Shown here: positions 28,155-37,800 of the stretch, piece after piece
Numbering within the stretch: position 1 is the first letter of the stretch
Layout: every line of letters starts with the position of its first letter
Source of the DNA: Allosphingosinicella sp.
GTDB lineage: Bacteria > Pseudomonadota > Alphaproteobacteria > Sphingomonadales > Sphingomonadaceae
DNA: 64,000 nt
Assembly (NCBI GenBank): GCA_036273615.1
Contig: DASUHH010000032.1
Coordinates: 798-64,797, forward strand
Direction: 5' to 3'
Notes under the pieces: generated by a model
Databases searched by the model: none
What the model was told of the DNA's origin: nothing
What the model saw: the letters and a program-made list of their open reading frames with translations, nothing else
Made by a program: the position numbers and the translations under genes

Positions 28155-28766
28155 TCAGCCGCGGCGCGGATGGCCGGTGACGGCGGCGATCGAGACGGCC
28201 CAGGTCGCAAGCAGGGTCGTGACCACGAAGGCGCCGCTGGAATCGCCGAACTGCGCGGCCAGCCAGCGATAGAATAGAGACGAAAAGGCGGCGGCGAGGG
28301 CGACCAGGACGACGAGCGTCCACGGAATCCGCGGGCGCGCGCGATCCGGCCGGTAATAAGCGTCGACCAGGGCGCGGGCCGCGGCGGCATGGCGGCCGGA
28401 GAGGCCCGCGGCGCGCAGCCTTTCCTCCTCTTCGAAGGGGAGCGCGGCGCCTTCGAACCGGTAGAAAGCGGCATAGCGGCGCAGCGCCTCCAGCCGCCCG
28501 GAGGCGAAGGCGGCGGGCCGCCGAAGGCCGAAGGCGATGCGCGCGAACCGCGTGCGCCAGCGGCCGCCGCTCAGCGACGCGCGGCTGTCGCGAAGCGCCA
28601 TCAGCACCGCGGCGCGCTCGTCGCGGCCGAGCAATATCTCCGGCTCCGGCGCAAGCGCCGCCGTCTCGCCCGGGCCGGAGGCGGCGCCGGCGAGCAGGAA
28701 GGACAGGGCTTCGGCGTCCCGCGGCGCAAGCGCGGCGGCGGGGGCGATGGGGGCGAGCAGGCTCAT
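28155..28766 (-). CDS. hypothetical protein, paralogue of 28763-29122, with C-terminal TM hairpin
   Basis: Shares E...V..A.RD..ASL...GRLEALRR...AAG with its upstream neighbour. ATGA overlap. Confidence 0.65.
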   Translation of the reverse strand: MSLLAPIAPAAALAPRDAEALSFLLAGAASGPGETAALAPEPEILLGRDERAAVLMALRDSRASLSGGRWRTRFARIAFGLRRPAAFASGRLEALRRYAAFYRFEGAALPFEEEERLRAAGLSGRHAAAARALVDAYYRPDRARPRIPWTLVVLVALAAAFSSLFYRWLAAQFGDSSGAFVVTTLLATWAVSIAAVTGHPRRG

Positions 28767-29122
28767 GGCCGCACGCTCAGCCCGAGGCTGCGCTCGAGCG
28801 TCACATATTGGCCCATCGAGAAGCCGGCGGCGAGGAAACGGCGGATCTCGGCCAGCGGGACGGCGGCGCCGAAGCGGTGGATGAGGATGGTGATGCGGCG
28901 CAGCGCCTCCAGCCTCCCGTCCCCGTCCCCCTCGCCGCGCGAGCGGGGGAAGAGAGCGGCGAAGGCGCGGGCGATGCGGCCCGGCGCCTTCAGGCTGGCA
29001 AGGTCGTCGCGCCCGGCGAGGGCGACGACCGACCATTCGAGCGCCGAGAGGCGGTCGCCGGACGGAAGCCGAAGCAATGTCGAGACCGAGGGGGAAGCGG
29101 AGGCGGCTTTGGGCTGGGCCAT
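28763..29122 (-). CDS. conserved-type hypothetical protein (RLEALRR motif)
   Basis: LSALEWSVVALAGRD.LASL...RLEALRR...EIRRFLAAGFS, downstream of the TetR gene. Confidence 0.7.
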   Translation of the reverse strand: MAQPKAASASPSVSTLLRLPSGDRLSALEWSVVALAGRDDLASLKAPGRIARAFAALFPRSRGEGDGDGRLEALRRITILIHRFGAAVPLAEIRRFLAAGFSMGQYVTLERSLGLSVRP

Positions 29123-29387
29123 GGCAAATATCCTGGAAAAAGCGAGCGCGTCCGTTCGGCCGTCGCGGAGGACGGGCCGGGTGGACATTCGGAGGAAAGC
29201 TTACTCGGGTGGGCCTTCCCGCCGCGGACGCAGACCGTCCTTCGCCGGCGCTTATGCCGGCGGGCCGCGAGGGTCGGACCTGGAGGAAGCCGGCGCGCCG
29301 GCGCCGGCTCTTGCGGGTTACGGGCTGCGGACGGTGCCGCGCGTCTTTCTGTGCATCTTCGGTCTCCCGAACGCGATCTTCATTTCG

Positions 29388-29447
29388 ATACCGCTTGGTA
29401 TAGAAACCGGTTCAGGCCCGGTCAAGGCTTTTTGTACCGACCGATAG
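29388..29447. promoter_or_regulatory. two putative TetR operator boxes
   Basis: ATACCGCTTGGTAT (29388-29401, palindromic) and GTACCGACCGATAG (29434-29447). A third copy lies at 30088-30101. Confidence 0.55.
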
Positions 29448-29456
29448 AAATATTTT

Positions 29457-30089
29457 TCAGCGGCCCGGCCAGAGGGCGAGGCTGGTCTCGACCAGCCGGT
29501 CGAGCTGCGCCCGGGGAATGCCCGCCCCGGCCTGCACGGCGAGGCCCTGGAGCAGGGTGGTGAGATAGGTGGCGAGATCCTCGGCGCCGACGCCGGGCGG
29601 CAGATCCCCTTCCCTTTTCGCCCGCTCGAACCGCTCGATCACCGCCTGCTGCGACGAGGCGCGGCGCGCGATCACTTCCTGGCGGACGGATTCGGCTTCG
29701 TCCCCGCAGGCAACCGCGCTGATCACCCGCAGGCAGCCCTTGGGCTCGCAATCGCTGCACATCGTGCCGAGCGCGCCGCGCAGCAGACGCTCGGCGACCT
29801 GGCGCGCGGTCGGCGCGTTCAGCGCCTCCTTCACATAGGACAATTTCTCGCGCTCGTAGAGGTCGAGCGCGCGGCGGAACAGGGCCTCCTTGTTGCCGAA
29901 CGCCGCATAGAGGCTCGGCCGGGTGACGCCCATCGCCTCGGTGAGATCGGTCAGCGAAGCGCCCTCATAGCCCTTGCTCCAGAAGACCCGCAGCGCCGCG
30001 GCGAGCGCCGCGTCGGTGCAGAATTCCCGGGGCCGGCCCTTGGCGGGCGCCGCGGTCGCGGGGAGTTCGGGGGAGCCGGCCAATTCCAT
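29457..30089 (-). CDS. TetR/AcrR-family regulator (ComR/NemR-like)
   Basis: GRPREF...FWSKGYEGASL.DLTEAMGV.RPSLYAAFGNKEALF...KGCL. Confidence 0.95.
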   Translation of the reverse strand: MELAGSPELPATAAPAKGRPREFCTDAALAAALRVFWSKGYEGASLTDLTEAMGVTRPSLYAAFGNKEALFRRALDLYEREKLSYVKEALNAPTARQVAERLLRGALGTMCSDCEPKGCLRVISAVACGDEAESVRQEVIARRASSQQAVIERFERAKREGDLPPGVGAEDLATYLTTLLQGLAVQAGAGIPRAQLDRLVETSLALWPGR

Positions 30090-30101
30090 AACGGTCGGTA
30101 T
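30088..30101 (-). promoter_or_regulatory. putative autoregulatory TetR operator overlapping the start codon
   Basis: Minus strand ATACCGACCGTTAT resembles the boxes at 29388 and 29434. Confidence 0.5.
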
Positions 30102-30371
30102 ATAAACAGGGCCGCCCGCGAAATCCAGTGCCTTCAGCGCCTCGCCGAATCGCCGCGACCCGAAAGCGCCCTCGCTCCATCGGGCGTCGGTCGGGGGCCG
30201 ATCGACATGCAATTGGAAGGACGAGCCGCCACCAAGGTTCCGTCCGGGGGACGAAACCGGGCGGCTCATGGCGAGGGTGTCGGGCGCTTGGGGTGAATCT
30301 CCGACGCCGAGCCCCCTCTCCCCAACCCTCCCACCGCCGGGGGAGTGTGCAAACCTAAATGGCGCCCCGCT

Positions 30372-31280
30372 TCATTGCCCCGCCTGCGCGTTGAAGACCC
30401 GGCATTCGCGCGTCCTTCGCCCCGCCCGCTCGCAGAACAGGCGCATGTTGCGCGAATAGCGCGTGTAGCGGACCCCCGGCCTCGGCCCGCGGACGACCCG
30501 CGCCGTGCGCGCCCTCGAAGCGTGGGCGGCGGGTGCGCCCCGCTCCGGCACCGCGGCGCCGGGCGGCGGCGCCGGTGCCGCTTGCGTCGCCGGCGGGGGC
30601 GCGGATTGCGGTGCTTGCGGCGCGGCTTGCGGCGCCCCGCCTGCTTCGTCCCCGGAGCCCGTTGCGGCCGGCTCCCCCGGCGCGGCCGAAGACGATAGCC
30701 GCGCGGTCGCCGGAGGCGCCTGCGGCGCCGCACCGGGCGCCGGGGCCGATCCGCGCCGCGCCGTCAGCACGCCCGCGGCGACGACGATCAGCAGCAGGAT
30801 GGTGGCCGCCCCCGCCCACATCCTTCGCGGCGCGCGCGATAGGGAGGCACCGCCGGCCGACGCCCTTCCGGGCGCAGCCGCCGGCCGCGCCGGCATCGCC
30901 TCGCGGCGCGGGCGGCAGAGCCGGTCGAGCCGCTGGAGGATCCTGCGCCAGCCGGGATGGTGGGGGTCGCCGCGCCAGCCCGAAAGCTGGACAAGGTTGC
31001 GGTCGTCGTCGAGGCCGAGCGGGGTGATTCCGTCGACCGACACGTCGATCGCGCGATCGCGCCTGCGCGCCGCCGAGGCCGCCGCCTGAAGGCCCGGATG
31101 CGCCATGGTCGACCGGTCCCACAGGATGAGGATGGCGGCAGCGTCGCTCGCCGCGGACGTGCGATCCTCCGCCCCCATTTCGCGGCTGCCGACGTCATAG
31201 CCAGCCTCGGCGAGCGCGTCGCGCAACCGGCGGACGACGGGCTCCCGTCCCCGCGGAAAGACGATTTCGACGTCGCTCAT
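30372..31280 (-). CDS. TIR-like domain protein with TM helix and Pro/Ala-rich exported tail
   Basis: TIR_2-like N-terminus (L.DAL..AGYDV; ILILW; PLG......LSGW.GD...PGW..IL), TM segment, low-complexity linker and C-terminal C-x8-C. Confidence 0.7.
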   Translation of the reverse strand: MSDVEIVFPRGREPVVRRLRDALAEAGYDVGSREMGAEDRTSAASDAAAILILWDRSTMAHPGLQAAASAARRRDRAIDVSVDGITPLGLDDDRNLVQLSGWRGDPHHPGWRRILQRLDRLCRPRREAMPARPAAAPGRASAGGASLSRAPRRMWAGAATILLLIVVAAGVLTARRGSAPAPGAAPQAPPATARLSSSAAPGEPAATGSGDEAGGAPQAAPQAPQSAPPPATQAAPAPPPGAAVPERGAPAAHASRARTARVVRGPRPGVRYTRYSRNMRLFCERAGRRTRECRVFNAQAGQ

Positions 31281-31290
31281 TCCCGGCTCC

Positions 31291-31316
31291 AACGATCCGC
31301 CCTGCGAACCGGTTCA
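31291..31316 (-). promoter_or_regulatory. possible sigma-EcfG (general stress) promoter
   Basis: TGAAC-N17-CGTT just upstream of the TIR-like gene; the implied leader is very short. Confidence 0.4.
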
Positions 31317-31468
31317 GATCGTCCTTGATGCGCGCCCGGCCGGCGAACGGCGTCGCGCCGCGCGCCTGGAAGCCGGCCGCGCCGAAGACCCTTGTGCGGC
31401 GGACGCACGGGCGCGCCGCCGCCCGCGCTTGGGCGGCGGCGCGCCTCGCGGCCGGTCAGGAAAGGCGG

Positions 31469-31756
31469 TCAGCCCTTCTTCTTGGCGGCGTGATGGTGAT
31501 GCCCGTGATGGCCGCCATGGTGGTGGCCATGATGCCGCATATGGTGCTTCATATGATGCTTCATATGGCCGTGGTGGCGCATGTGATGCCGCATATGATG
31601 GTGGCCCATCATCGCGTGCCCGCCCATGCCCTCATGGGTCTGGGTGCACTTGTCGGTCACGCCGTGGCCGCAGGGCGGATAATCCTGCGCGCTCGCCGCG
31701 ACCGGAATGGCCGCGATGCCAAGAACCAGGCTGGCAGTCAGAATCAACGTCTTCAT
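31469..31756 (-). CDS. small secreted His/Met-rich protein (95 aa)
   Basis: RBS GGAGGAG, signal peptide ending ASA-Q, YPPC-x4-TDKC, then HHM(R/K) repeats. Confidence 0.85.
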   Translation of the reverse strand: MKTLILTASLVLGIAAIPVAASAQDYPPCGHGVTDKCTQTHEGMGGHAMMGHHHMRHHMRHHGHMKHHMKHHMRHHGHHHGGHHGHHHHAAKKKG

Positions 31757-31788
31757 CGGGACTCCTCCCCTCATTGGACGGTCGACAG

Positions 31789-31813
31789 AACGAGCGAACC
31801 ACATCGAAGTTCA
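31789..31813 (-). promoter_or_regulatory. putative sigma-EcfG promoter
   Basis: TGAAC-N16-CGTT about 30 nt upstream of the His-rich gene. Confidence 0.5.
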
Positions 31814-31914
31814 TTCGCACCGTTACGGAATCGATACGCTTTCAGCAAGGGCGGAGACGGGGCATTGCCATACTTTAATTCGGGGGTGGCGATGCCTGGC
31901 TCGCGCCGCGGTTC

Positions 31915-31929
31915 GTTCTTGATATGTTC
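31915..31929 (+). promoter_or_regulatory. alphaproteobacterial LexA (SOS) box
   Basis: GTTC-TTGATAT-GTTC, i.e. GTTC-N7-GTTC, 24 nt upstream of the radical SAM gene. Confidence 0.75.
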
Positions 31930-31953
31930 CTATTTGAAAGCTAGGCTGCTCCG

Positions 31954-33030
31954 GTGACTCGCCCCGATGCCCGGCCCGGCCGCGGCGCGCCCGAGAATCG
32001 GACGCCGACGCGCTTCAACCTGCCCGAACGCGAGGCGGACGGAGACTGGCTCGACGCGCGCGAGGAATTGGACGGCGAATTGCAGCCGCTTCGAACGACG
32101 GTGACGGTCGAGAAGCCGAAGACGATCATCACCCGCAATGCCTCGCCCGACATCGGCTTCGACCGCTCGATCAACCCCTATCGCGGCTGCGAGCATGGCT
32201 GCATCTATTGCTTCGCCCGGCCGACCCACGCCTATCACGACCTCTCGCCCGGTCTCGATTTCGAGACGAAATTGTTCGCCAAGCCCGACGCCGCCAAATT
32301 GCTGCGCGAGGAGCTGGCGAAACCCGGCTATCGCGTCCGGCCGATGGCGATGGGGACCAACACCGATCCCTATCAGCCGATCGAGGGCAAATGGCGGATC
32401 ACCCGGTCGGTGCTGCAGGTGCTCGCCGAGACGAAGCATCCGGTCACCATCACCACCAAGTCGGACCGCGTGCTTCGCGACCTCGACATCCTCGCGGCGA
32501 TGGCGGCGGAGGATCTCGCCTCGGTCGCGCTTTCGGTCACGTCGCTGACCCCGGAGATCTCGCGAACGCTCGAGCCGCGGGCGCCGGCGGCGCGCAAAAG
32601 GCTGGCCGCGGTCAAGACGCTGAACGAGGCGGGCGTGCCGGCCCTGGTCTCGATCGCGCCGGTCATTCCCGGCATCACCGACCATGAACTGGAGGCGATC
32701 GTCGAGGCCGCCGCCGAGGCCGGCGCCAGGGCCGCCTTCTTCCTGCCGGTCCGCCTCCCCTTCGAGGTCGCGCCCCTGTTCCGAGCCTGGCTCGACGAGC
32801 ATTTCCCCGACCGCGCGGGCAAGGTCATGAACATCATCCGCGCCATGCGCGGCGGCCGCGACAACGATCCCAACTGGTTCACCCGAATGCAGGGCTTCGG
32901 TCCCTGGGCCGAGCTGATGCGCGTCCGCTTCGAAGTGGCGAAGAAGAAATACGGGCTGAACGGAGAGCGGCGGAAGCTGAGAACCGACCTGTTCGTTCCG
33001 CCTTCGGGGCCGCAGCTCAGGCTGCTGTAG
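31954..33030 (+). CDS. PA0069/Rv2578c-family radical SAM protein (spore photoproduct lyase-like)
   Basis: SINPYRGCEHGCIYCFARP (CxxxCxxC), GTNTDPYQP, TITTKS and LEPRAP. Confidence 0.95.
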   Translation: MTRPDARPGRGAPENRTPTRFNLPEREADGDWLDAREELDGELQPLRTTVTVEKPKTIITRNASPDIGFDRSINPYRGCEHGCIYCFARPTHAYHDLSPGLDFETKLFAKPDAAKLLREELAKPGYRVRPMAMGTNTDPYQPIEGKWRITRSVLQVLAETKHPVTITTKSDRVLRDLDILAAMAAEDLASVALSVTSLTPEISRTLEPRAPAARKRLAAVKTLNEAGVPALVSIAPVIPGITDHELEAIVEAAAEAGARAAFFLPVRLPFEVAPLFRAWLDEHFPDRAGKVMNIIRAMRGGRDNDPNWFTRMQGFGPWAELMRVRFEVAKKKYGLNGERRKLRTDLFVPPSGPQLRLL

Positions 33031-33145
33031 CTCCTCCCCGGGACGGGGAGGGGGACCGCACGAAGTGCGGTGGAGGGGGGTTGTGCGCGTCTCAGGACCC
33101 CCTCCACCAGCCTGCAGCTGGCCCTCCTCCCCGGGATGGGGAGGA
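33031..33145. repeat. MITE-like palindromic element
   Basis: Hairpin ends CTCCTCCCCGGGA(C/T)GGGGAGG at both termini, with an internal GGTGGAGGGGG/CCCCCTCCACC stem. Confidence 0.8.
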
Positions 33146-33200
33146 TTTCCGCGCCGCGTCACCCAATTTCGTCGTCACAGCCCTGCGACGCCACCGCTTC

Positions 33201-34850
33201 TTATTTCGCCGGAGCCGGGGCCTCCGCCGCAGCGACGGACACGTCGTCGCCCCCCAGCCGGTAATCCCGATACTGCTCCCTCAGCGCCGTCTTGAGCAAT
33301 TTCCCAGTCGCCGTGTGCGGCAGGCCGTCGACGAACAGGATTTCGTCCGGCAGCCACCATTTGGCGACCTGGCCGGCAAGAAAGGCGCGGATCGCCTCGG
33401 CCGTGACCTCCGCCCCCTCCTTCTTCACCACCAGCAGCAGTGGCCGCTCGTCCCATTTGGGGTGGCGCACGCCAACCGCCGCCGCTTCCGCGACGCCGGG
33501 GCAGCCGATCGCCGCATTTTCGAGTGCGATCGAGCTGATCCATTCGCCGCCCGACTTGATCACGTCCTTGGCGCGGTCGGTGATCTCGAGGATTCCATTG
33601 GGGTGGAGGATGGCGACGTCGCCGGTGTCGAACCAGCTCTCCCCGTCGACCGCCTCGCCGCTCTCGTCCTGGAAATAGCGGCGGACGACCCAGGGCCCGC
33701 GCGCCTGCAGCCGGCCGGCGCTCCGCCCGTCGCGCGGCAGGACGTTCCCCTCGTCGTCGACCGTGCGCAACTCGACGCCGAACGGCACCCGCCCCTGCCG
33801 GCACATATAATCGAGCCTCTGCTCGGCATCGAGCAGGCCCCAGTCGCCGGTCGGGGCGCCGACCGTTCCGAGCGGCGACATCTCGGTCATCCCCCAGGCA
33901 TGGCAGACGCTGACGCCGCGATCGGTGAAATAGGCGATCATCGCCCGCGGCGCCGCCGATCCGCCGATATGGACGGTGTGGAGCGCGCCGAGATCGCCGC
34001 CGGTCGCCTCGACATGGCCCATCAGGGCGAGCCAGACGGTCGGCACGCCGGCGGTGTGGGTCACCCCTTCCTCATGCATCAGGTCGCACATGATCTGCGG
34101 CGCGTAATCGGTTGAATAAACGAGCTTTCCGCCGACCATCGCAGTCGAGAAGGGAAGCCCCCAGCCGCCGGCGTGGAACATCGGCACGACCGGAAGCACG
34201 ACCGAGCGGGCCGACAGGCCGAACACGTCGGGCGAGATCTGCATGATCGCGTGGAGGATGGTCGAACGATGCTCGTAGAGCACGCCCTTGGGATTGCCGG
34301 TGGTGCCGCTCGTATAGCAGAGCATCATCGGCTCGCGCTCGTCGCCCTCGACCCAGGCATAATCGTCGCTTTCGGCGGCGATCAGGGCGTCAAACGAGAG
34401 ATCGCCTGTCCCGAGCGAAGTCGAGGGGTCGAAGCAGATATAATGCTCGATCGAATTCCAGCGCGATTTCAGCCGCTCGACCAGGGGCGCGAAGATACGG
34501 TCGTAGAACAGCACCCGGTCCCCGGCATGGTTGCCGATATAGACGAGCTGGTCGTCGAACAGCCGGGTGTTGAGCGTGTGGAGCACGCCGCCCATGCCGA
34601 TCGCGCCGTACCAGGCGACGAGATGGCGGCCATGGTTCATCGCCAGCGTGCCGATCCGGTCGCCCTTGCGCACCCCCAGCCGCTCCAGCGCCCGCGCCAG
34701 CCGCCGCGCGTCGCGCGCGATCCCGGCCCAGTCGGTGCGCGTCTTGCGGCCGCCTTCCAGCGACACGATCTCCCGCGCCCCATGCTCGCGCTCGGCATGG
34801 TCGAGGATCCGCATCACCCTCAGCGGCCAGTCCTGCATCCCTCCAAGCAT
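33201..34850 (-). CDS. medium/long-chain fatty-acid-CoA ligase (AlkK/DmdB-like)
   Basis: [39 protein letters not shown] and TGK. Confidence 0.95.
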   Translation of the reverse strand: MLGGMQDWPLRVMRILDHAEREHGAREIVSLEGGRKTRTDWAGIARDARRLARALERLGVRKGDRIGTLAMNHGRHLVAWYGAIGMGGVLHTLNTRLFDDQLVYIGNHAGDRVLFYDRIFAPLVERLKSRWNSIEHYICFDPSTSLGTGDLSFDALIAAESDDYAWVEGDEREPMMLCYTSGTTGNPKGVLYEHRSTILHAIMQISPDVFGLSARSVVLPVVPMFHAGGWGLPFSTAMVGGKLVYSTDYAPQIMCDLMHEEGVTHTAGVPTVWLALMGHVEATGGDLGALHTVHIGGSAAPRAMIAYFTDRGVSVCHAWGMTEMSPLGTVGAPTGDWGLLDAEQRLDYMCRQGRVPFGVELRTVDDEGNVLPRDGRSAGRLQARGPWVVRRYFQDESGEAVDGESWFDTGDVAILHPNGILEITDRAKDVIKSGGEWISSIALENAAIGCPGVAEAAAVGVRHPKWDERPLLLVVKKEGAEVTAEAIRAFLAGQVAKWWLPDEILFVDGLPHTATGKLLKTALREQYRDYRLGGDDVSVAAAEAPAPAK

Positions 34851-34886
34851 CGGCGCCTCCTTCAATGGTGGCGGTATCCTGCGAAC

Positions 34887-37800
34887 CTACGAAACCAATG
34901 CCAGCCGCGGCGGCGCGGCGACCGCGAGGCGGACCGCGATCACCCCCTCGACCCGCTCGATCCGCGCGGCGAGCTCGGCGTCGAGGAGGAAGTCGCGGCC
35001 GAGGACCAGCTCCGCTTCGCCCCCGTCCAGCGCCACGCGCAGGCGCAGCTCGCCGCTGCCGCCGCGGTCGCCGGCCAAGGCGGCGGCGAGGCGGCGGACG
35101 GCTTCCTCGTCCGCCACCTCGACCTCGAGCTGGAGGCGGGTGCGCTTGGACAGGCTCTCGAACGGCTGGAGCGACCTGATCGTGACTCGCGGCGCCTCCT
35201 CGCCGGGCCGGCGGTCGAGCTCGACGTTGAGCAGGGCGCAGCCGCCCGCCTTCGCCGCCTCCTCGACCCGCGCCGCGGCATCGTCGTCGAAGATCGTGGC
35301 GGCGAACTGGCCCGATGCGTCGGAGCAGGTCGCCATCAGATAGCGCCGCCCGCGCGCCGAGGTCCGCCAGCGCGTGTCCTCGATCAGCCCCGCCATCACC
35401 GCGCCGGTGCGCCCGCCCTCGGCCGGCGCGGGGAGCGCGCCCAGATCGGCGAAGCTCTTCGCGCCATGGGCCTCGGCGAGATGGCGGTAGCGGTCGACCG
35501 GATGGGCCGAGAAATAGAAGCCGAACGCCTCCTTCTCCGCCGCCATCGACTGGGCCAGCGTCCAGGCGGCGGCGGTCGGCATCCGGATCGGCGGGACCTG
35601 GGCGTCGCCGGCGCCGCCGAACAGCCCGCCCTGCCCGCTCGCCCGCGCGTCGGCGGCGCTCGCGGCATGGGCGAGGATCGTCTCGGCCGCGGCGAAGACC
35701 GAGGCGCGGTTCGGCGCGAGCGCATCGAAGGCGCCGCTGCCGGCGAGGCTTTCGAGCTGGCGCCGGTTGAGCAGGCGCGGATCGATCCGCTCGGCGAAAT
35801 CGTCCAGCGATCGGAAGCGCCCGTTCGCCCGCCTCTCGTCGACGAGCTGCTCCATCGCCTTCCCGCCGACCCCCTTCAGCGCGCCGAGCGCGTAGCGGAC
35901 GGCGAGCGGCTTCTCCTCCTCCCCGGGCACCTCCTCCACCGCGAACTCCGCCTCGCTGGCGTTGATCGACGGCGGCAGGCAGGCGACCCCCATCCGCCGC
36001 ATGTCGTCGACGAACACCGCAAGCTTGTCGGTCTGGTGCATGTCGAAGCACATCGAGGCGGCGTAGAATTCGACCGGATGGTGCGCCTTCAGCCACAAGG
36101 TCTGATAGGCGACGAGCGCATAGGCGGCGGCGTGGCTCTTGTTGAAGCCGTAGCCGGCGAACTTGTCGATCAAATCGAACAATTCGTTCGCCTTGGGCCG
36201 GGCGATGGAATTGGCGGCGCAGCCGGTGACGAAGCGCTCGCGCTGCGCGTCCATCTCGGCCTGGATCTTCTTGCCCATGGCGCGGCGGAGCAGGTCGGCC
36301 TCGCCGAGGCTGAAGCCGGCGAGCACCTTCGCCGCCTCCATCACCTGCTCCTGATAGACGAAGATCCCGTACGTCTCCCTGAGCACGTCCTCGAGCATCG
36401 GGTGCGGATATTCGATCTCGCGCCCGTTCTTGCGCGCCCCGAACATCGGGATATTGTCCATCGGCCCCGGCCGGTAGAGGGCATTGAGGGCGATGATGTC
36501 CTCGAAGCAGGTCGGCTTCACGGCGGCGAGCGTGCGGCGCATGCCCTCGGATTCGAACTGGAAGATGCCGACCGTGTCGCCGCGCTGGAGCAAAGCGAAG
36601 ACCGCCGGATCGTCCCAAGGCAGGCGGTCGAGATCGACCTGGATGCCGCGCTTGGCAAGCATCCGCACCGCCTTCTGGAGGACCGAAAGGGTCTTGAGGC
36701 CCAGGAAGTCGAACTTGATGAGCCCCGCCGCCTCGACATATTTCATGTCGAACTGGGTGACCGGCATGTCCGAGCGCGGATCGCGGTAGAGCGGAACCAA
36801 CTGGTCGAGCGGACGGTCGCCGATGACGACCCCGGCGGCATGGGTCGAGCTGTGGCGCGGCAGGCCTTCCAGCTTCATGGCGAGGTCGAACAGGCGGCGT
36901 ATGTCGGCGTCGTTCCTATATTCGGCGGCGAGCTCGGAGACTCCGTTCAGCGCCCGTTCCAGCGTCCAGGGGTCGGTCGGATGGTTGGGGATGAGCTTGG
37001 CGAGCCGGTCGACCTGGCCGTAGGGCATCTGGAGGACGCGGCCGGTATCCTTGAGCACCGCGCGCGCCTTCAATTTCCCGAAGGTGATGATCTGGGCGAC
37101 CTTGTCGGCGCCGTAGCGGCGCTGGACATAGCGGATCACCTCGCCGCGCCTTGTCTCGCAGAAATCGATGTCGAAGTCCGGCATCGACACCCGCTCGGGG
37201 TTCAGGAAGCGCTCGAACAGCAGGCCGAGCCGGAGCGGGTCGAGATCGGTGACGGTCAGCGCCCAGGCGACCACCGAACCGGCGCCCGAACCGCGGCCCG
37301 GGCCGACCGGAATGTCATTCTCCTTCGCCCATTTGATGAAGTCGGCGACGATCAGGAAATAAGCGGCAAAGCCCATGCCGACAATGATCTCGATCTCATA
37401 TTCGAGGCGCGCGAAATAATCGGGAAAGCGTTCGCGGAGGGCCGCGTCATCCGAGCCGCGCACTCCCGTTCCCCGGCCCTCTTCCGGCGCGACATATTTC
37501 TCCAGCCGCGCCGCCAGCCCCGCGCGCGCATCGCGGCGGAGCTGCTCGGCTTCCCCTTCCGTGTCGCCGGCGATGCTTGGGAGGATCGGCTTGCGCTTCG
37601 GCGCGCCGAAGGCGCAGCGGCGGGCGACGACCCCGCTATTCTCGATCGCCTCGGGCAGGTCGCCGAACAGAGCGCGCATGTCGGCCGCCGGCTTCATCCA
37701 GGCCTCGGGCGAGGAACGGGCGCGGTCGTCGCGGTCGATCTGGCTCGATTGGGCGATGCACAGCATTGCATCGTGCGCGGCGTGGAAATGGGGCTCGGCG

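Noticed and set aside
31480-31620. Short tandem repeats as a possible CRISPR or VNTR-only locus
   Set aside because: The 12-nt units have no spacers and encode the His/Met tract; no cas genes are present.
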